Source of the DNA: an uncultured Deinococcales bacterium | GTDB taxonomy: Bacteria > Deinococcota > Deinococci > Deinococcales > JAAFIG01 | DNA length: 25,378 bases | Reading direction: 5' to 3' | Assembly: GCA_964247135.1 (NCBI GenBank) | Contig: CAXTTL010000045.1 | Span: 1-25,378, forward strand | Part shown: in pieces, positions 1 through 8,453 of the stretch | How positions within the stretch are numbered: the stretch's first letter is position 1 | How the letters are laid out: each line of letters opens with the position of its first letter | Made by a program: the position numbers and the translations under genes | Notes under the pieces: generated by a model | Database searches by the model: none | The model's input: only the letters and a program-made list of their open reading frames with translations | What the model was told of the DNA's origin: nothing

Positions 1-593
1 TCGGGTACGACCCAAGCATTCCGCTGGCGCAATTTAACCTCGAGAAAGCCAAAGCATTTTTCAAGAAAGCTTTTGGCGGCAAACTCTGGGAGACTGGCTT
101 CACGACCATTGTCAAATACAACCAAGGCAACACGACCCGCAAGCGCATTGCCGAACTCTTGAAAGCTGGCATTGAAGCCGTCAGCCCCAAATTCCATCTC
201 GAGGTGCAGGTCATTCCGTTCGCGCAATTCTTGCAAGACCAACAAGCCAGCCGCCTGGCGCTTTCGGTTGGAGGTTGGGGTCCCGATTATCCCGATCCAG
301 ATGACTTTATCCCCATTTTTTACGGATCGAGTAAGGTCGGTGGTTATTACTCGCCCGCCACCAACTTCGAGAGCAAGACCATCGACAGTGCCATCTCTCA
401 AGCCCGCCAAACCACCGATACCGCCAAACGCGAAGCCCTCTACAAACTGATCGGACGCATCGGTGCCGACCAAGTGCCATTCATCTTGCTGCCGCGCGGC
501 ATCAGCTTCTTACCGATTCGTGACGACCTGAAAGGCGTGTATTACAACAACATGGTCAGTGGCTTGTACCTCTGGAAAGACTTGTCGAAATAA
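1..593 (+). CDS. Peptide/oligopeptide ABC transporter substrate-binding protein (family 5), 5'-truncated by window edge
   Basis: Frame is open from position 3 (GYDPSIPLAQFNLEKAKAFFKKAFGGKLWETGF...). It has the GWGPDYPDPDDF motif and precedes two OppB/OppC-type permeases. Confidence 0.9.
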   Translation, partial: GYDPSIPLAQFNLEKAKAFFKKAFGGKLWETGFTTIVKYNQGNTTRKRIAELLKAGIEAVSPKFHLEVQVIPFAQFLQDQQASRLALSVGGWGPDYPDPDDFIPIFYGSSKVGGYYSPATNFESKTIDSAISQARQTTDTAKREALYKLIGRIGADQVPFILLPRGISFLPIRDDLKGVYYNNMVSGLYLWKDLSK

Positions 594-613
594 GCAATCT
601 GCCCGAATGAGCC

Positions 614-646
614 GTGGCTCGAGCCTCAAAAGGATTCTCGAGCCAC
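614..646. terminator. Stem-loop built from two CTCGAG copies, downstream of the substrate-binding protein gene
   Basis: GTGGCTCGAG-N13-CTCGAGCCAC perfect 10-bp inverted repeat. No U-tract, so it may be an mRNA-stabilising or processing hairpin. Confidence 0.5.
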
Positions 647-663
647 ACCAGAAATCAATAAAA

Positions 664-742
664 CTCCCTTCTCCCGCTGGCGGGAGAAGCGCCCAAGCCC
701 GTCAGGTGCTGCTTTAAGGGCAAGACGGGTCGGGGATGAGGG
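664..742. repeat. REP-like palindromic element (CTTCTCCCGC..GCGGGAGAAG ... GGGGATGAGGG type) with an internal short repeat
   Basis: CTTCTCCCGC-TG-GCGGGAGAAG hairpin, then a CCCGTC-N20-GACGGG hairpin, then TCGGGGATGAGGG. Related sequence occurs at 19357-19423. Confidence 0.55.
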
Positions 743-784
743 TGGACAGTTCAACCCATTTCTCGAGCCTCAACGGAGAATCCC

Positions 785-1813
785 ATGCTGATTTTTGTGA
801 TGCGCCGATTGCTTGCCCTGCCGCTCGTCATGCTGGCGGTCACGGCTTTGATCGTGTTGTTAATGCAGTTTCTCAGCCCCGCCCAACGTGCCGCGTCGTT
901 CGTGCGCGGCGAGCAGCAGTTGCAAAACATTGATGCGCTGGTCAAGCAGTATGGTTTGGATCAACCGTTTTACGTGCAGTATTGGCATTGGATCAACAAT
1001 GCCGCGCAGGGCAATTTGGGTTACTCGAGGGCTTCGCATCAACCCGTGATGGACACCTTGCGAGAGCGTTTTCCGGCGACGGCAGAACTTGCTTTTTATG
1101 CTTGCCTGCCGATCATCGGGATTGGCATTTGGTTGGGAACGCTGGCGGGTTTGAACAAGGACAAACTGGTCGATCAGGTGGCTCGAGTCTTGGCGGTGAT
1201 CGGCTTTTCGTTGCCGACCTTTGTGCTGGGCATTTGGTTGCTGGTGATTTTTTACGGCGTGCTGGGTTGGTTGCCTGGCTTTGGGCAACTCTCGCAGGAG
1301 AGCACCTTGCAAATTGCGATTTCTGGTTTGAAGCGTTACACGGGTTTTTTGACGCTGGACACGCTCTTAAACGGACGCCTTGATTTGTTTGTCGATGCGG
1401 TCAAGCACCTGATTTTGCCCGTCACAACCCTCACTACCATCTCGAGCGCCGGTATTTTGAAGGTCATGCGTTCGAGTTTGCTCGAGGTGTTGGGGCAGGA
1501 TTACGTGCGCACGGCTCGAGCCAAGGGTTTGTCGGAACGCATGGTCAACCTCAAGCACGCGCGGCGCAATGCGCTCTTGGCGGTGGCAACCTTGGCGGGT
1601 TTGACGGTGGCTGGCTTGCTGACGGGCGCGATCATCACCGAAACGATTTTTGCGTACCCTGGCATCGGGTCTTGGGGCGCTCAGGCGGCAACCCAACTCG
1701 ATTATCCTGGCGTGCTCGGTTTCGCGGTCTTCACGGCGCTGCTGGTGGTGGTCGCCAATCTGGTGGTCGATCTGGCTTACGGCTTGATCGATCCTCGAGT
1801 GAGGTTTGAATGA
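785..1813 (+). CDS. Peptide ABC transporter permease (OppB/DppB)
   Basis: GLDQPFYVQY, RFPATAEL, DYVRTARAKGL (EAA-loop region) and ITETIFAYPGIG motifs. SD-like GGAGA upstream. Confidence 0.95.
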   Translation: MLIFVMRRLLALPLVMLAVTALIVLLMQFLSPAQRAASFVRGEQQLQNIDALVKQYGLDQPFYVQYWHWINNAAQGNLGYSRASHQPVMDTLRERFPATAELAFYACLPIIGIGIWLGTLAGLNKDKLVDQVARVLAVIGFSLPTFVLGIWLLVIFYGVLGWLPGFGQLSQESTLQIAISGLKRYTGFLTLDTLLNGRLDLFVDAVKHLILPVTTLTTISSAGILKVMRSSLLEVLGQDYVRTARAKGLSERMVNLKHARRNALLAVATLAGLTVAGLLTGAIITETIFAYPGIGSWGAQAATQLDYPGVLGFAVFTALLVVVANLVVDLAYGLIDPRVRFE

Positions 1814-2823
1814 TTTCCAGCGCTCCAATTCTTGAAGCCGCTCGAGTCACCAAGGAACCCTGGTGGGAATCTCGGGTGGTCAGACGTTTCAGGCGCAACA
1901 CCCTGGCGATGTTGGGCTTGGCAATCATGGTCTTGTTTGCCCTGATGGCGGCATTTGCGCCCCTGCTTGCTCCGCCCGAGCAAGCTTGCGCCCGCGATCT
2001 GGGCATCACCAATCGATCAAGCGTCTACAGCCTCACCAACTCGAGTTTCTGGCAGGTGATGTTCCGCCCGCCGGAGAACTGTTTTGTCATGCCGCGCATC
2101 AGTTTTTCGCCGATTCCGACACCGCCTGGGGTCGGCGGTCGGGTGTTTGGCACGTCCAACGGGTATGACATCAAGTACGGTTTGGTCTGGGGCGCTCGAA
2201 CCGCATTTTTTCTGGGTTTTACCGTCATTATTTCCACGCTTTGCATCGGAACGTTGATCGGCAGTTTGGCGGGCTATTTTGGCGGCTGGCTCGACAATCT
2301 GTTCATGCGTTTTACCGATGTGGTGTTTGCCTTTCCTGGTTTGGTGTTGACCATTGTTTTAATTGCGATTTTCGGGCAAAGTTTAAACAACATCATTTTA
2401 TCCTTGGTGCTGGTCGGTTGGAGCACCTACGCCCGCTTGTTGCGCGGCGAGATTCTGCGTGTGCGTCGCCTCGAGTACGTCGAGGGCGCTCGAGCTTTGG
2501 GGGCACGCGATGCCCGAATTATTCTTTGGCATGTCTTGCCCAATTCACTGACCGCTTTGACCGTACAAGCCACGCTCGACATGGGTTCTGTGGTGCTCTC
2601 GGCGGCGGCGTTGTCGTTCTTGGGGTTGGGAACGCCGCTGGGCTACAGCGATTGGGGGCAACTCATCAATTTTACCAGGGGATTCTTGCAGGGCGTTCCA
2701 GGGCAACCCTGGGCGTACTGGTACGTTTCGTTTTTCCCTGGCTTGGCACTGATTTTGTGGGGACTGTCCTGGAATCTACTCGGCGATGCCCTTCGTGATG
2801 CACTCGACCCTCGAGCGAGATGA
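1810..2823 (+). CDS. Peptide ABC transporter permease (OppC/DppC)
   Basis: EYVEGARALGA EAA motif, HVLPNS and ALSFLGLG motifs. ATGA overlap with the upstream permease. Confidence 0.95.
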   Translation: MISSAPILEAARVTKEPWWESRVVRRFRRNTLAMLGLAIMVLFALMAAFAPLLAPPEQACARDLGITNRSSVYSLTNSSFWQVMFRPPENCFVMPRISFSPIPTPPGVGGRVFGTSNGYDIKYGLVWGARTAFFLGFTVIISTLCIGTLIGSLAGYFGGWLDNLFMRFTDVVFAFPGLVLTIVLIAIFGQSLNNIILSLVLVGWSTYARLLRGEILRVRRLEYVEGARALGARDARIILWHVLPNSLTALTVQATLDMGSVVLSAAALSFLGLGTPLGYSDWGQLINFTRGFLQGVPGQPWAYWYVSFFPGLALILWGLSWNLLGDALRDALDPRAR

Positions 2824-2985
2824 TGCGGTGTCATGCGACTGTTTGGCGTGTTGAATCCCAAGTCAGTTAAGATGATTGCTGAACCCTGAGCTGTTTGATG
2901 CTCGAGCGAACCATGATTTCATTCGGCGCTCGAACCATTTGATTCTCGAACTTGATATCATCGTTTTTTTAACAGGAGCGACCCC

Positions 2986-3609
2986 GTGAAGCACTTTACC
3001 CAGGACATCACCAGAGCCTCAAAAACCAGAAAGCGTCGCCGCAGCAAAGTCCCAGAGCGTAAATTTTCCCGTTCGCTCGAGCTTGATGCCAGCGATGTGC
3101 TCGAGGTTGATCTGATGTCCGAATGGCTGGATTGCTTGACGGGTTTTGGCAATTACGAACCCAAAAAAGTACAGTCCGAGGCTCGAGGTAAGACGTTTAA
3201 AAACTATTTTGCCAACCTCGAGTTCGATCAGCAAAAACGCACCGCCGATTTGGTGTTTGACAGCGCCCTGGGCAAGCTCGAAGCCACGCGTTGGTATGTG
3301 CGCCCAAGCCTCGAGTTGATGCTTGAGCTGTGCAAGAACGGTTTTGAAAACGCGTTTGCCCATCGGCGCACGGAACTCGAGAACATGTTCTTGGATCAGG
3401 CGGCGTTTGAGGCGTGGCTCGAGGCGCGTCAGGGCAGCAAAGCCCCCAGGGGACGGGCGTTTTTGTACACCTGGCGTTACGCGATTTTGCTTTGGAATGT
3501 TTTGAACGCGCTGCATTCGCCGTTCTCGAGCGAAATTTTAACCAAACTCTTAAAACTTCATCGCTTATGGCGTGAAAAATTGCGATCTCACAGCCCTCAA
3601 CTCGAGTAA
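2986..3609 (+). CDS. Hypothetical protein
   Basis: 207-aa ORF with AGGAG upstream of a GTG start. No family recognised. Confidence 0.65.
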   Translation: MKHFTQDITRASKTRKRRRSKVPERKFSRSLELDASDVLEVDLMSEWLDCLTGFGNYEPKKVQSEARGKTFKNYFANLEFDQQKRTADLVFDSALGKLEATRWYVRPSLELMLELCKNGFENAFAHRRTELENMFLDQAAFEAWLEARQGSKAPRGRAFLYTWRYAILLWNVLNALHSPFSSEILTKLLKLHRLWREKLRSHSPQLE

Positions 3610-3640
3610 TCAATTTCTCGAGTATCAAAAAGAGGTTTTT

Positions 3641-4153
3641 ATGAAACGACTTGGCTGGTTTTTGCTGGCTGTCTTGAGCTTTTCTTTGGGAGGTTTTATG
3701 TCTGATTCAAACGCGCAACAGAGCATCGCTTGCTCTTCGCCTGAGCATCGTCAATTTGATTTCTGGCTTGGGGATTGGGAAGTCAAAACCCCCAACGGCA
3801 ATGCGGCTGGCACAAACCTTGTCACCTCAGAATTTGGGGGTTGCGTGCTGCAAGAACATTGGGTTGGCTCGCAGGGCGGTCGCGGCTCGAGTTTTAATAT
3901 TTTCTCCAGCGCAGACCAAAAATGGCATCAGGCTTGGGTCGATGATTCTGGTACGTTTCTAGATTTGACCGGCGGGTTTGAAGACGGCAAAATGATTCTG
4001 GTCAGCAACGCGCCCATGCCGACGGATCGAATCACCTGGAATCTGGTGGATGGCAATAAAGACCGTGTTCGACAGCTTTGGGAGCAAAGCAAAGATGGTG
4101 GTAAAACCTGGACGGTTGCGTTTGACGGGTTGTATGTTCGCAAAGCGCCCTGA
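3641..4153 (+). CDS. Secreted protein, DUF1579-like beta-barrel family
   Basis: Start re-called at ATG 3641 (AGAGG RBS, signal peptide MKRLGWFLLAVLSF...). Motifs QFDFWLGDWEV, W..WVD..G and SKDGGKTW..FDG.Y. Confidence 0.75.
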   Translation: MKRLGWFLLAVLSFSLGGFMSDSNAQQSIACSSPEHRQFDFWLGDWEVKTPNGNAAGTNLVTSEFGGCVLQEHWVGSQGGRGSSFNIFSSADQKWHQAWVDDSGTFLDLTGGFEDGKMILVSNAPMPTDRITWNLVDGNKDRVRQLWEQSKDGGKTWTVAFDGLYVRKAP

Positions 4154-4177
4154 TTTTAAGTTTGCATTCCGGTTCGA

Positions 4178-4236
4178 GTAGGGTGCGCCGTGCGCACCGT
4201 CTCTTATGCATATCTGGTGCGCGAGGCGCACCCTAC
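4178..4236. repeat. GTAG-family REP doublet in inverted orientation (REPIN)
   Basis: GTAGGGTGCGCCGTGCGCACC (4178-4198) and GGTGCGCGAGGCGCACCCTAC (4216-4236), between convergent genes. Confidence 0.85.
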
Positions 4237-4271
4237 CAAAAACTTCTATTTTGTTTGTGATCCTCGTGATC

Positions 4272-4883
4272 TTAGGTTTGTATTCTGGCTCGAGCCGCAG
4301 CTCGAGTCAGGGTTTTTTGTGTCGGAAATGCCAGCATCAACGCTGTTATTCTCAATCCCAATTCTTGCCCGCGCAGGTTCAAGCTGTAGTTTTTTCTCGA
4401 GCCTGCAATGCCCTCAAAAGGCTCGAGCAGCTTGGCGTGGCTTACGTGCCCCAAACCGAGCGCCAAAGCCCGTGTGGTCAATCCTGGCAGTTGCTCGAGG
4501 ATGTCTGTGAAGCGCGGTCGATCTTGCAAGAGCAAAATGATTGGCAGTGACCATTTTTTCAGGGCGATGTCGGTGATTTCAAGTCGCTCGAGGCTTTGCA
4601 TCAATTCAAAAACCGCTTGCCCAATCTGGACGCCTCGAGCCGTCAAAATATATTCGGGGCGCAGCGGGTGTCCGTAGCCAGGGTTTCGCATCACCAAATC
4701 TTCTGTAATCAAGGCGTTTAGGGTGCGACTGAGTGCGTCCTTGCTGAGTTTTAAACGGGTTACCAGCGTGACGAATTTGCAGCCGTTGCTGCGGTGCAGC
4801 TCCGCCAGAATCGGCAATGCCCAGCGAAAATGCACCAAATTGACCAGAGGCTCGAGATTAGGATTATTCATAAGTGCCACCAT
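4272..4883 (-). CDS. HxlR-family winged-helix transcriptional regulator with tandem HxlR domains
   Basis: Two repeats of the W.LPIL..L...F..L...L....L...L pattern and RPEYILTARG. Divergent from the VOC gene. Start could be 4871. Confidence 0.8.
   Translation of the reverse strand: MVALMNNPNLEPLVNLVHFRWALPILAELHRSNGCKFVTLVTRLKLSKDALSRTLNALITEDLVMRNPGYGHPLRPEYILTARGVQIGQAVFELMQSLERLEITDIALKKWSLPIILLLQDRPRFTDILEQLPGLTTRALALGLGHVSHAKLLEPFEGIAGSRKNYSLNLRGQELGLRITALMLAFPTQKTLTRAAARARIQT
4285..4319 (+). terminator. Intrinsic terminator-like hairpin with CTCGAG stem
   Basis: CTGGCTCGAGC-CGCA-GCTCGAGTCAG followed by GGTTTTTT. Overlaps the 3' tail of the HxlR ORF on the opposite strand. Confidence 0.55.
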
Positions 4884-4944
4884 TAAATTACGCTATTGAC
4901 AAAACAAGAATTTTGTATAAAAATAGTACCGAAAGGAGAACAAC

Positions 4945-5355
4945 ATGACAGCAACAGCAGATACAGTTCAAGTCGGCTCAAGCATCGGTATGACCACCGG
5001 TATAACCCTGGCGCTCGAGGTCAGCGACCTGGAACGTTCCAAAACCTTTTACAAAGAGGTACTCGGTTTCAGGTTTAGTTACGAAGTCACCGAGATTGGT
5101 TGGTGCGAATTTGAAAGCCCAACCAAAGATGTGATCATTGGGCTTTCAAAAGTCGAAAAGTCCAATGCTGGCGGTGGACTTGTCCCAACCTTCAACGTCA
5201 GCGACATTGCCCACACCCGCAGCCTGCTCGAGTCCAAAAATGTGCGCTTTGATGGTCCGACCAATGTCATGCCAGGTTTGGTGATGCTGGCGACCTTTTA
5301 CGATCCAGACGGACACGCGTTTATGTTGGCGCAATCTTTGGCGACGCCCAACTGA
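4945..5355 (+). CDS. VOC (glyoxalase/bleomycin resistance) family protein
   Basis: VSDLERSKTFYKEVLG and FYDPDGH motifs. AAGGAG RBS. Confidence 0.9.
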   Translation: MTATADTVQVGSSIGMTTGITLALEVSDLERSKTFYKEVLGFRFSYEVTEIGWCEFESPTKDVIIGLSKVEKSNAGGGLVPTFNVSDIAHTRSLLESKNVRFDGPTNVMPGLVMLATFYDPDGHAFMLAQSLATPN

Positions 5356-5392
5356 TTGGAACTTTTTTGAGCTTGGGCGCGTAAGCTTTGGC

Positions 5393-7030
5393 ATGAGCAA
5401 CCTGCCAAAGAATCTGATCCACAACGCCGCCGCACTGGTTCAACGAGGGCTAAGGTTTTTGCCAGGCGATGCACCAAAAACCGTGGTGCTCGAGTTGCGG
5501 GGAGCGTATCCAATCAGTCGTCCCGCCAATCCATTGCCAATTCCAATTCAATTGCCCGGACAAAAGAAAATCACGACCTTGACTGATCTACGCGATCAAC
5601 TCGAGCGGCTGGCGAAAATGCCCAGCCTGTCTGAACTGGTGGTGCTCGAGCGCGGTTTTGAGGGCGGTTTTGCCAGTGCGTTTGCGGTGCGCGAACTGTT
5701 CCAGAAGTTTCGTCAAAGCGGCAAACGCATCACGTTTTATGCCGACGAAATTGGCAACCTCGGTTTGTACCTGGGAAGCGCCTGTGACCGCTTGGTAACA
5801 CTGTCCGAAGGACAGATCACAGCCGTCGGTTTGGCTGCCAGGGTGGTGTTTTTGGGCGAAACCCTGAAAAAAATTGGCATCGAACTCGAGGTTGAACGGC
5901 GCAGCGAATTCAAGAATGCCCCAGAACGGTTTACGGCAACCAGTTTCAGTGCGGGTCACCGCCAGAACGTCACTGGCTTGCTCGAGGGTTTGTACGATCA
6001 CTGGCTCGAGACGGTTTCAACAGGGCGCAAGTTGTCCACAGATGCTTTGCGGGCGGCTGTGGACAACGCGCCCTTGCTTTCCGAGCAGGCGCTCGAGGCT
6101 GGTTTGATCGACCAAATTGCCTTTGAAGACGAACTGACGTTGAACGCCGTACCCGTCCAGGAGGCATTGCGCTTTGCGCCCTCGAGTTTGCATTGGCACG
6201 CGCCCGAAAGCATTGCCCTGATCTCGCTCGAGGGTTCGATTGTGGACGGCGAATCGCGCAACGTGCCCATTCCCATCCCGTTGTTTGGCGGCAAGCAAGC
6301 TGGCGGGTACTCAATCGCTCAGGCGTTGCGTGCCGCAGCCCAGGACAAGAACATCAAAGCCATCGTCTTCCAGATTGATTCCCCTGGCGGCAGTGCCCTG
6401 GCATCCGAATTGATCTGGCGCGAGGTTTCTCGAGCCAAACAGGTCAAACCCGTGATTGCCGTGATGGGTGAGTACGCCGCCTCGGGCGGATATTATGTCG
6501 CCTGTGCCGCCAGCAAGATTCTGGCGGCACCAAATACGGTCACGGGCAGCATCGGCGTGTTTAACCTTCACGCCAACAATCAAAAACTGTGGGAGCGATT
6601 GGGTTTCATGCCCGAAACCATCAAGCTCTCAAATCACGCCGATTTTTTCAGTCCAGACCGTCCACTTTCTGCATCCGAAAACGCCAAAAATGTTGAATCG
6701 GTGCAACGGGTTTACGATACCTTTCGTACTCGGGTTGCGGCTGGGCGCGCCAAAAGTTTGGAAGAGGTCGAAACCCTGGCTCGAGGTCGGGTTTGGACGG
6801 GTTTGCAAGCCAAAGCAAATGGTTTGGTGGACGAGATTGGTACAGTGTTTGATGCGATAGAACTTGCCCAAAAACTCAGCGGCTTGCCTGAACGTGCGCC
6901 CGTGCTTCATTTCACGCCGCCAACAAAATTTATTGCCGCCACAGACTTGAATGCACTTGCCAAAATGCTCGAGACGCGCACCAGAATTTGGGCGATCATG
7001 CCAGAATTGCTCGAGGTTGTTTTGAAATAA
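5393..7030 (+). CDS. sppA: Signal peptide peptidase SppA (protease IV, S49, tandem domain)
   Basis: IDSPGGSALASELI, AASGGYYVA, TGSIGV and GRVWTG motifs. Confidence 0.93.
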   Translation: MSNLPKNLIHNAAALVQRGLRFLPGDAPKTVVLELRGAYPISRPANPLPIPIQLPGQKKITTLTDLRDQLERLAKMPSLSELVVLERGFEGGFASAFAVRELFQKFRQSGKRITFYADEIGNLGLYLGSACDRLVTLSEGQITAVGLAARVVFLGETLKKIGIELEVERRSEFKNAPERFTATSFSAGHRQNVTGLLEGLYDHWLETVSTGRKLSTDALRAAVDNAPLLSEQALEAGLIDQIAFEDELTLNAVPVQEALRFAPSSLHWHAPESIALISLEGSIVDGESRNVPIPIPLFGGKQAGGYSIAQALRAAAQDKNIKAIVFQIDSPGGSALASELIWREVSRAKQVKPVIAVMGEYAASGGYYVACAASKILAAPNTVTGSIGVFNLHANNQKLWERLGFMPETIKLSNHADFFSPDRPLSASENAKNVESVQRVYDTFRTRVAAGRAKSLEEVETLARGRVWTGLQAKANGLVDEIGTVFDAIELAQKLSGLPERAPVLHFTPPTKFIAATDLNALAKMLETRTRIWAIMPELLEVVLK

Positions 7031-7119
7031 GCTCAAACATCAATTTATCTAACGCATGAATTCAGGGCATGACCTAAACACCGTCTGGATGTTTTGAAAC
7101 TTTCTGCTACAATCCAACC

Positions 7120-7446
7120 ATGATTCTCGAGCCAATCAAATCACCTTTGCGCGAAGAGCGTGGGGTTCTTCTCGTTGGCAAAACTCGAGTTGCTTTTGAA
7201 AGCCTATGGGCAGCCTATCAACGCGGTGAATCGCCCGAAGCCATACAGGAGAATTTTTCAAGCTGTTCCCTCGAAGAAATTTACGCCGTGATTGCCCATG
7301 CGCTTGCCAAGCCAGTAGAAATCAAAGCGTATCTCGAGCGCCGAATGCTCGAAGACGCGGCAAGTCTAGAACTTGTCAGACAAGAACCCAAAAGCACAGC
7401 CTTGCGGACGAAAATTTTGGATCGAGCGGCAACGCTTCAAAAGTGA
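7120..7446 (+). CDS. DUF433 domain protein (VapB45-like antitoxin)
   Basis: VGKTRV...G.SPE.I...F..L..IYAVIA pattern. TACAAT box 6 nt before ATG. Overlaps the DUF5615 gene. Confidence 0.85.
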   Translation: MILEPIKSPLREERGVLLVGKTRVAFESLWAAYQRGESPEAIQENFSSCSLEEIYAVIAHALAKPVEIKAYLERRMLEDAASLELVRQEPKSTALRTKILDRAATLQK

Positions 7447-7790
7447 TTTGTTTTGCCAGCGACGAAAATTTGCATGGTGCGATTGTGACGGGTTTGAAAC
7501 GCAGAATCCCAAATCTCGATTTGGTTCGTATTTGGGATGTCATTCCAATGGCGACAGACCTCGAAGTGCTCGAATGGTGCTTTGTGCAAAATCGTGTGCT
7601 TCTCACCCATGATGTCAACACCTTGCGTGCCGATGCGTATGAGCGGCTCGAGCAGGGATATGGTATTGCTGGAGTATTGCTCATTCCAACGCAATTGCCC
7701 ATCGCTGTTGTCTTGGATGATCTCGAGACGATTGCCTTATGCAGTGAGCAAGAAGATTGGGTTGACGCTGTTTTATTTTTGCCCTTATGA
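7443..7790 (+). CDS. DUF5615 PIN-like protein (VapC45-like toxin)
   Basis: F.SDENL, D..VLEW, RVLLTHD and GVLLI motifs. GTGA overlap with DUF433. Confidence 0.85.
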   Translation: MICFASDENLHGAIVTGLKRRIPNLDLVRIWDVIPMATDLEVLEWCFVQNRVLLTHDVNTLRADAYERLEQGYGIAGVLLIPTQLPIAVVLDDLETIALCSEQEDWVDAVLFLPL

Positions 7791-7877
7791 GCCAAACTTT
7801 CGCTCCAAATACTCGAGCACCATAGGATCAACTTTTCCCGCTTCCACCATGCGTTCTTCGAGATTTTCCACGCCAGC
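7785..7877 (-). pseudogene. Orphan duplicate of the DUF1028 gene 3' end
   Basis: Encodes AGVENLEERMVEAGKVDPMVLEYLERKFGS*, versus AGVENLEERMVEAGKLDPVVLEYLERKFQ* in the intact gene. 7794-7877 aligns to 8460-8543 at 70/84 nt by hand alignment. Confidence 0.9.
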
Positions 7878-7893
7878 CAAAGCCAAGAAAAAA

Positions 7894-8196
7894 TTATGGC
7901 AAATGAATATCGTTGCTGCGCGTGTCATAAATCCGTAAAATCCTGACTTCCATTTCTGGCTCATGAACGGTATACAACAAAGCTTTGGGGAATCCTTTAA
8001 GCAGCATTCGCCGTACTTGCAGACCATTGATTTCAACAACAACCCGAAATGCCAATGGAAATGTCTCGAGGGTTGCAAAACCAGATGTTAACGCTTGCAT
8101 GAAACGGTTTTTGAAGTGGTTTGAAATGAGAGCGTATTGTTCGGACAGAGATGCGATGTCTTGCTCGGCTTCTTCCTCGAGTAAAACCCAGTACAT
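7894..8196 (-). CDS. RelE/ParE-family type II toxin
   Basis: Start re-called at ATG 8196 (TGATG overlap with the antitoxin stop). EAEQDI, FP, RRMLLKGFP..LLY and ILRIYDTR patterns. Confidence 0.85.
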   Translation of the reverse strand: MYWVLLEEEAEQDIASLSEQYALISNHFKNRFMQALTSGFATLETFPLAFRVVVEINGLQVRRMLLKGFPKALLYTVHEPEMEVRILRIYDTRSNDIHLP

Positions 8197-8408
8197 CAAT
8201 CCATTTCTCGCATGAATTCGCGCCAAGGTTTGGCTTCTTTTGGGGATTGTTGCATTCGTGCGATGCGTTGCTCGAGAATCATTTTTTCTTGCTCAGGCAG
8301 TGGCGAATCATTCAAGGGTTCGGCAAGTTGTTCCCACAAGAAATCAAGCAACTCAAATTGTTCTTCGAGCGGCATGTTTTGAACGGTTTCACGCAAGGAC
8401 GTGTTCAT
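8196..8408 (-). CDS. Addiction-module antitoxin (TIGR02574-like)
   Basis: LEEQFELLDFLWEQL...LEQR...PW pattern. TAACAT box 6 nt before ATG. Coupled to the toxin. Confidence 0.85.
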   Translation of the reverse strand: MNTSLRETVQNMPLEEQFELLDFLWEQLAEPLNDSPLPEQEKMILEQRIARMQQSPKEAKPWREFMREMD

Positions 8409-8453
8409 ACGTTTATGTTAGAACCAAGCTTCTAAAAACACAAGATTGAAGTG

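Noticed and set aside
1-2823. Opp-like transporter as the dedicated importer of the small peptide
   Set aside because: It is 20 kb away and such transporters are ubiquitous, so proximity gives no evidence.
7785-8078. 97-aa ORF as a real gene
   Set aside because: It is an off-frame read of the toxin gene joined to the orphan DUF1028 tail, with no start signals.
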